DNA of 52,818 nucleotides from a virus (Duplodnaviria > Caudoviricetes). This document shows positions 47,095 to 52,818 of the stretch, in pieces. Below the pieces are notes generated by a model, which did no database searches, was not told the DNA's origin, and saw nothing but the letters and a program-made list of their open reading frames with translations. The DNA lies in the IMG/VR virus record IMGVR_UViG_3300037440_000405, positions 1-52,818 of that record; one strand, given 5' to 3'. Both the position numbers and the translations under genes were made by a program. Numbering within the stretch: position 1 is the stretch's first letter; each line of letters opens with the position of its first letter.

Positions 47095-48443
47095 TCCGGC
47101 AGGTCATCTGGAGTGGTGGCCGATTGAGGGATGATGGTGCGCTGCCCGGTGCGGACCTCGGCGGCCCACGCCTCCAGCCACATCAGCCACCATCCGGTGT
47201 CGATGTTGCCGTCGGTAGTGCTCTCTTCGAAGCGCTGGCGGACCATGAGTAGCGCGTCGGCAGCAGCGTCGCGGCGGGCGGTGGCCAGCTCGGCGCGGGC
47301 GGCGTCCCGCTCGTGCCGCATCGCGGCCTCCGAGCGGATCAGGTGACCTAACTGATCCGACTTTTCAACCGGCGCCAGCCGCCAGGAAACCCGCCGGGCG
47401 GTGGTCTGCTCGTAGGCGCGGGCGAAGCACACCGGGCACCAGATCGGCCCGGATCCGCCGTGGACCTCGTTCCAGATCGCCGAGTCCGCGTACCAGTTGA
47501 TGTTGGGCTGTCCACAACGATGGCAGTACTTCTCTGGGTGCCAGTCGGGCCAGTTCTTGGCCCGCTGGTCGGGGATGTTGGCGGGGTCGATGCTGTCGGC
47601 CAGCCGCTGCCGCAGCCGGTCCCGGTCGGCGAGCAGCGCCTCAAGGTAGTCCGCGTCGTCGGCAACGAACACCGGTTCTACGCCGTGCACGGGCTCGCGT
47701 GCGGCGGCGATTAGTTCGGTAGCCCAGGTCCGGTTGTTCCAGCCGGCGCCGGTAACCGGCTCTGCGCCGGGTGTGCCGTGGGTGGGTGGCGGGCTGTCGT
47801 GCACATGCCAGGGTGGGCGGGTGCCGACCACGGTGACCGGCACGGCGGCGGCGGCGGCCGCGTCGAAGTCGCGTTCGGTGGCCGGGTCGGCGTCGGTGTC
47901 GAGCGCGTCCACGGCGGCGACGAGCGCCCTGCTCGGCCGCGAGACCGCCGGCCGCAGCACCCGGGCCACCTCCCGCGCCGCATCCACCACCCGGGCCACG
48001 GCTGGGGAAACCAGCAACAACCGCCGGATGGGCCGGCTCAGCCTTGGCAGACTCACGTCCAGGTCCGGGTCCCCAGCGTCGAAACCATGGGTCTCCTGAG
48101 TCTCATCAGGGCTCCTCGGGTCGGCGGGCGGGCCGTCGTAGCCGATGTGACGCAGCGCATCACGCACCGCCCGGTCTACACCAGCCTGGTCCTCACCGGC
48201 CTGGCTGGCACCACCGGAAGCGCCCAGGATGGTGCCTAAAGCGGCGCCGAAGCTGGGGCCGCTCGGCGACTGCCGGCAGTAGCACGGCCCGCCGGACACG
48301 TCCACATCCACCCCGGTCGGCTCCCAGCCGTGCGCCGCGTCGGCCAGCGTGTCGAACAGGCCGTCCGCCTGTGCTGGGGTGATCGGCTGGTGGACGCAGG
48401 CGGTGACATGCCACGGTGTGGTGGGCGTCTGCTCAGTGCTCAT
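47055..48443 (-). CDS. Large mosaic hypothetical protein with a Zn-finger (CHRC...CPVC)
   Basis: 462-aa ORF with SD; appears to be a composite of small modules. Confidence 0.6.
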   Translation of the reverse strand: MSTEQTPTTPWHVTACVHQPITPAQADGLFDTLADAAHGWEPTGVDVDVSGGPCYCRQSPSGPSFGAALGTILGASGGASQAGEDQAGVDRAVRDALRHIGYDGPPADPRSPDETQETHGFDAGDPDLDVSLPRLSRPIRRLLLVSPAVARVVDAAREVARVLRPAVSRPSRALVAAVDALDTDADPATERDFDAAAAAAVPVTVVGTRPPWHVHDSPPPTHGTPGAEPVTGAGWNNRTWATELIAAAREPVHGVEPVFVADDADYLEALLADRDRLRQRLADSIDPANIPDQRAKNWPDWHPEKYCHRCGQPNINWYADSAIWNEVHGGSGPIWCPVCFARAYEQTTARRVSWRLAPVEKSDQLGHLIRSEAAMRHERDAARAELATARRDAAADALLMVRQRFEESTTDGNIDTGWWLMWLEAWAAEVRTGQRTIIPQSATTPDDLPEWERDMLDRQEET

Positions 48444-48892
48444 CGGTGGCCTCCTCGGTGGTCGGTGGGGTGGTCCAATGGCACCAGTCGATAGACGGCA
48501 TAGGCCCGGTCATCGTCATCGTCGTCGGTCAGCTCGGCGGCCAACTCCTGCGCGGCGTCCGGGTCCACGCAGATCGAGTCGTCGTCCAACGACAGCACCG
48601 CGTACAGCGCCGGCGGCTCCGGGGTGGCATCGAGCTCGCCGGCCCACCAGCGGCGCAGGGCGTCGGCCCAGCGGCGCAGGGCTTCGGCGGGTGTGGCCGG
48701 TGGTGGTGGTGTGGTGGTCATCGGAGGTTCCTCCTCGGTGGTGGCGGTGCCGTGGGTGGGGCAGTCCGATGCGTACCCGGCGCCGACGGTGGGGCAGGTG
48801 CAGTCATACTCGTCGGCCCAGCGGCGCTCAGCCATGGTCAGCTCCGTCTCAGGCTGGTCGGCCGGTGTGGCCGGTGGCGGTGTGGTGGTCAT
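48440..48892 (-). CDS. Hypothetical protein with a duplicated start segment
   Basis: MTTTPPPATPA occurs twice in frame. Confidence 0.5.
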   Translation of the reverse strand: MTTTPPPATPADQPETELTMAERRWADEYDCTCPTVGAGYASDCPTHGTATTEEEPPMTTTPPPPATPAEALRRWADALRRWWAGELDATPEPPALYAVLSLDDDSICVDPDAAQELAAELTDDDDDDRAYAVYRLVPLDHPTDHRGGHR

Positions 48893-49357
48893 GGCCGGCC
48901 CCTGCGGATGTAGCCGGCGAAGTCCTCGGCCAGCTCGGTCGCGCCGAACATGGTCGGCGGAGCGCCTGTGAAGAGTCGGGCCACGGCGTCCAACGCCCGG
49001 GCCCGGATCTCTTGCTCCGGGTCCAGGCCGGAGGCGGTGAGCTCGGTGGCCGGTTCCGGCTCGGTGTGGAGCCGTTCCACGTGGGCGATCAGCGCCCTTA
49101 GCCGCTCACGTGTGGTGATCTCGACGTAGCCGCAGGGGTCGTGGTCGAGTTCGCGGTCGATTTCGCGGAGCTCGTCGGCGAGGTGGTTGGTCATGGTGTC
49201 TCCTTCGGGGTGGGCAGTGGTCGCCGGTTGCCGCAGTGGCAGGTGCAGCGGCCGCGGTGGCCGGGCGGGCGGCGGGTGCAGCGGTGGTTGCGCCGGCCGG
49301 CGCACCAGTCGGCGGCGGGCCACCAGGTGCCGCACAACTCGGCGACGGCGGTGGCGG

Positions 49358-50068
49358 TCATGTGGGCTCCGTTCTGGCGAGCCGCTCCGAGCGGCAGACG
49401 TTGCGGTGGTATGGGCTGTCGGTTCGGTTGCCGCAGTTGTGGCAGACGGGTGTGATGTGTCCGTTGACTTGTTCACCGCCGGCGTCGCGGCCACGCCGCA
49501 GCGCGGCGGCCGGCGGTGCTGCGGGCCCCCGCCCGCCTTCCTTCGGGGCGGGGCGGGGCGGGGGGGCGTCTACAGACGCGTCTTGAGACGCGTCTGGTTT
49601 CGCGTCTAGTTTCGGACTTCGGGGGACATGTTCGGGCAGATCGTCTGTGGATAACTGCACGCCTGTCGATGCGCGGTTATCCACAGGCCGGCCCGCCTTC
49701 TTCGCCAACCACCGGTCCTGTCTGACCCTCTTCGCCTCCCGTTCTGCCTGCACCTTGAGCTTGGACGGCTGGTAGTCCAGGTAGTCGTGGATCATCCATC
49801 CGTCGCCACCGGGCGCCGTCGGACACTTCGGTGACTGGCAGACGTGGCCCGCTTCGTGGAGTAAGCCCCGGGCCACCAGGCAAGGGATGACCTTGTGCGG
49901 CCGCCGGACCGCCGACACATCTGACGCGTCTTCGGCGGGCACGAATCCGTCTGTGAGGTTACGTGCACACCAGAAGATCGCCTCGATGTGGAAGCGCATC
50001 TCGGAGTCCGACAAGGGCTTCACCTTGCGGTGGATCGGGTACTGGTCGTCGAAGCGGACCCAGGGCAT
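49358..50068 (-). CDS. Probable replication initiator protein
   Basis: MPWVRFDD...HRKV, WCARNLTDGFVP, GWMIHDYLDYQPS motifs of actinophage Rep-like proteins; internal iterons. Confidence 0.7.
   Translation of the reverse strand: MPWVRFDDQYPIHRKVKPLSDSEMRFHIEAIFWCARNLTDGFVPAEDASDVSAVRRPHKVIPCLVARGLLHEAGHVCQSPKCPTAPGGDGWMIHDYLDYQPSKLKVQAEREAKRVRQDRWLAKKAGRPVDNRASTGVQLSTDDLPEHVPRSPKLDAKPDASQDASVDAPPPRPAPKEGGRGPAAPPAAALRRGRDAGGEQVNGHITPVCHNCGNRTDSPYHRNVCRSERLARTEPT
49566..49686. promoter_or_regulatory. Candidate replication origin
   Basis: GCGTCT x4 at exact 12-bp period; two consensus DnaA boxes (TGTGGATAA 49646-54, TTATCCACA 49677-85). Confidence 0.65.
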
Positions 50069-50126
50069 CAGGCTGCTCCTTGCTCCGGTGCGCTTTCCGC
50101 CGGGGCGGGTGCGGACTTCCGGATTG

Positions 50127-50855
50127 TCACCGCTGCTCCATGAGGTCGTTCCATGCCTGGTCGAACAACGCCCGGTCGGCCTCGGTGTAGCCGGCGACCG
50201 GCCGGAGCGCGCCGTCGATGAACCTCTCCACGTTCCGAGGGGCGCAGCGGTGGTACTGCACGTAAGTCGCTTTGACTCGCTTGCCGAACTTCGGCGACAG
50301 CTTGCGGAGCGCAACCCCTCCGATGCCGCGCTCTTGTAGGTATTCGCCGACGGTCAGCGGCCGCCGGTCGGGTTGGATGTCTGGTTCCTCACCGAGCGCC
50401 CGGGCGGCGATGTGCCGGGCTTTGGCTTCCAGCCAGGCCGGATCGACGATGCCGGTCAGGTTCCGCAGCACGCGAGCTTGGACTTCGGCCCGGGCGGCCA
50501 GGAGGGTGAGCTGGTCGCCGGTGGCGGCGGGGGAGATGTACCCGCCCTCGCGGCGGATGGCCGGCAGCACTTCGTGGGTCACCCACCGTTTGAACGCGCG
50601 AGCACCGGAGACCTGGCTGCCGAGGATGGCAACGAACAGGCCGGGCTCACTGATGACGGTCATCTGCTGGTCACCCGAGGGGGTACGCATTGAGTGCGTA
50701 CCCCTGTCGTCGCCGTCGAGTCGACGCGTCATGTCGGAGGCCATGCGGTATCCGAGCACCGCGGCAACGTCTGCGGCTAGGAACCACGGTTCGCCGTTGA
50801 CCAGCACCGTGCGCACCTGCCGGCCTTCGTAGCTGAACGGCATCAGGTCAGACAC
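50127..50855 (-). CDS. BRO-N domain antirepressor-like protein
   Basis: FSYEGRQVRTV..NGEPWFLAADVAAVLGY...ISEPGL...FKRWVTHEVLPAIRREGGY. Confidence 0.9.
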   Translation of the reverse strand: MSDLMPFSYEGRQVRTVLVNGEPWFLAADVAAVLGYRMASDMTRRLDGDDRGTHSMRTPSGDQQMTVISEPGLFVAILGSQVSGARAFKRWVTHEVLPAIRREGGYISPAATGDQLTLLAARAEVQARVLRNLTGIVDPAWLEAKARHIAARALGEEPDIQPDRRPLTVGEYLQERGIGGVALRKLSPKFGKRVKATYVQYHRCAPRNVERFIDGALRPVAGYTEADRALFDQAWNDLMEQR

Positions 50856-51381
50856 CAGCGGGCCTCCTAGCGTCCATGATCAGGGCGAATGCGCGAGCCT
50901 CCACGCGGGTCAGGCATAGGCGTGGGCTATCAGGCTTGAACCGCTTACGTGCGGCCTGTAGCTTGCGCCAGGCGTAAGCCTCGTTCAGGTGGTCGGCCGC
51001 GATCTGGCCGGTGTGGTCGACGTGATCCGGATTCCCGTTGTACCGACGGATCTCCCGGAGAACGGTATGCCCCCCGGAGTCGTCGCGGTTGACGCTGCCG
51101 TGTTTCCTCATCTGGTCCAACGTGTCACGCAGTATGTACCGCCGCGACCTCCGCAAGATCCACGTAGATGATGCATCATCTACGTGGATCTTCTCAACAT
51201 TGATGTATCGCCGTGTCGCCCAGCCGGCTGGGATCTGGTCCTCGATCTTCACGAAGATCTCATCCCGGGTGATACCCGGGTTGGCGTTGATCGTCTTCCA
51301 GATCAGCATGGTGGTGTCGGTGGCACCGGAGCGATTAACTCCGGCACCCCGACGGCCTCGCTCGGCCTGACTAGACATCAC
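50848..51381 (-). CDS. Hypothetical basic protein (wHTH-like)
   Basis: IWKTINANPGITRDEI; contains a 38-bp palindrome. Confidence 0.6.
   Translation of the reverse strand: MMSSQAERGRRGAGVNRSGATDTTMLIWKTINANPGITRDEIFVKIEDQIPAGWATRRYINVEKIHVDDASSTWILRRSRRYILRDTLDQMRKHGSVNRDDSGGHTVLREIRRYNGNPDHVDHTGQIAADHLNEAYAWRKLQAARKRFKPDSPRLCLTRVEARAFALIMDARRPAGV
51155..51192. repeat. Perfect 38-bp palindrome
   Basis: AAGATCCACGTAGATGATG|CATCATCTACGTGGATCTT. Confidence 0.95.
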
Positions 51382-52354
51382 GCCGGTACAGGTCCAGCAC
51401 CTTGTCGGCCAGATCCCGGGTCTGGGTCCAGCGCGACATTGCCGCCTCCCGCGCCTCCGGACTAACCACGTCCAGCAGCGCCGCAGGCCTGTCCGCGTAC
51501 TTCAACAGCCCACCCAAGAACATGCGGGCCTGCTGAACCTCCCTCGGGATCACCACACGGATCGGCGGCGGCCCAGCCGGAGCCAACTCCGCGCGGATCG
51601 TCCGGATCGCCTGCACCGCCTCCGAGTCGGTCCGGGCCTCTGTGGCAGCCTTGACCAACTGGCTGACGATGGCGTCCCGCGGCCTGATCTCCGAGACCAC
51701 CTTGACCGCCTCGACGAACGCCGGGTCGTGCTTGATCTGCGCCAGCTTCACCTGCTGAGTCTGCTTGACGTCCGGGGCCACCTTCGAGATCTCCGGCAGC
51801 ATGGCTGAGCGCTCGCTGAACTCCTTGCGCCGCCGCATCTGCCGGACGGCCTCGACGCTGCGCCCGATCTCCCGGGCCACCGCCTCATCTGCCATCCCGC
51901 GGCGCATCATGGTCAGCGCCGCGTCGTACGCCTCCGAGGGTGTGAGCCGCCGGCCGCCCTGCTGGTTGATCGCCGCCGCGTACGTCTTCGCCAGGTCCAC
52001 GGAGTTGAACCGTGCGACGAAGGCCGGGAACGCCTTGCGCCGCAGACTCTTGGCCGCGCGGAGCCGGTGGTTCCCGTCCACCAGAACGTCAGGATCCATG
52101 AGCACGATCGGCGGGTAGATGGCGCCCTGAGACATCTGGGTACGGAACTCCGCCAAGGTCTCCTTGTCCTCAAGGTGGGCCTCGTTGCGGACCTGCGTCC
52201 AGTCCACGCTCTTGACGTCGGCGACCGGGTACTCAGCGACGAACTCGTACGGGATGTTCCACTCCCGCAACTTGGCCTCGGCCTGGATTCCCAGGAGCCG
52301 CGGCTGAACATCGATCGGGGCTTCCTCGGTTGGCTGTTCTATGATTGCCGTCAT
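51371..52354 (-). CDS. ParB/Srx N-terminal domain protein with HTH
   Basis: YPPIVL...LVDGNHRLRAA; DEAVAREIGRSVEAVRQ HTH; AAGGA SD before ATG 52354. Confidence 0.8.
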   Translation of the reverse strand: MTAIIEQPTEEAPIDVQPRLLGIQAEAKLREWNIPYEFVAEYPVADVKSVDWTQVRNEAHLEDKETLAEFRTQMSQGAIYPPIVLMDPDVLVDGNHRLRAAKSLRRKAFPAFVARFNSVDLAKTYAAAINQQGGRRLTPSEAYDAALTMMRRGMADEAVAREIGRSVEAVRQMRRRKEFSERSAMLPEISKVAPDVKQTQQVKLAQIKHDPAFVEAVKVVSEIRPRDAIVSQLVKAATEARTDSEAVQAIRTIRAELAPAGPPPIRVVIPREVQQARMFLGGLLKYADRPAALLDVVSPEAREAAMSRWTQTRDLADKVLDLYRRDV

Positions 52355-52396
52355 GGTGACCGTTTCCTTACTGGATAGTTGAGTTGGTTGCCTATC

Positions 52397-52431
52397 AATC
52401 CCGGTTGTCAGCTTGGATGGCAACCGGGATT
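52397..52431. promoter_or_regulatory. 11-bp inverted repeat in an AT-richer leader of the ParB-like gene
   Basis: AATCCCGGTTG-N13-CAACCGGGATT; TATAAAGT -10-like element upstream on the minus strand. Confidence 0.55.
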
Positions 52432-52818
52432 TCTTACTGTATCCACTTTATACCCGTGCCCCCTTCCTGCCCAACCAGCCCTGCCTAGCCCTGGGACTGG
52501 CACCCGATGGATTTCGTTGTCTGCCGGCAGCGGGCACACCACACACCCACCACCAGTTCCCGGCTGGTAGTCGTGCCGGCGAACGCTCACCATGCTCATC
52601 CCTGCCTCGCCTCCGTCTCCACCTGCCGTCGCGAACAGCACGCCGTGCCCATCGCCTCCGCGTCGAGCCGCCCCCGGCACCAGCACCGCCGGCTGCACTC
52701 CCGCGACCCTCGGCACGTGCACGGATACGCCTCGCGCAGCGGCGTGCCTGCGATCAGCCACCGGTCGCGTGGTGCCGGCGGTGCAGGGCCCTGCCGCCGG
52801 CTCATGCCCGGCCCCGGG

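Larger units (their letters stand above)
1..52818. mobile_element. Complete temperate actinobacteriophage genome (siphovirus-like, HK97-fold head), circularly assembled
   Basis: Full set of packaging, head, tail, lysis, lysogeny and replication modules; no host housekeeping genes; terminal 127-bp overlap. Confidence 0.93.

Noticed and set aside
52692-52818. Biological terminal repeat
   Set aside because: Exactly 127 bp, mid-gene and far from the terminase region; typical assembler overlap

Overview
This window is an apparently complete, circular genome of a temperate siphovirus-type phage of a high-GC actinobacterium; the host is inferred from WhiB, Lsr2, DUF6221-like genes and leaderless promoters. 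Bases 1-127 are repeated exactly at 52692-52818, giving about 52,691 bp of unique sequence. The minus strand carries two long blocks. The first is an early/replication block (ParB-like, BRO, replication initiator, HslV-like protease and, across the junction, RusA, ERF, an intein-split PD-(D/E)xK exonuclease, WhiB, DUF4326 plus partner). The second is an HK97-type morphogenesis/lysis block (HNH, TerS/TerL, portal, protease, capsid, a glycosylation cassette, a repeat fibre, tail genes with a -1 frameshift, TMP, metalloprotease, amidase, holin-like genes). The plus strand has the lysogeny module (repressor, short tyrosine integrase), followed directly by the most unusual locus: two tandem Y-RNA-like genes and a Ro60/TROVE gene. 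The larger RNA contains a circularly permuted tRNA fold that seems to keep a tRNA-Lys(UUU) anticodon arm. Other notable elements are a second operator-controlled switch with a structured ~160-nt RNA (17.3-17.46 kb), an antisense tRNA-like element in the head operon, a candidate origin with DnaA boxes and iterons, and a perfect 38-bp palindrome. All calls come from reading motifs by eye; no searches or folding programs were run.
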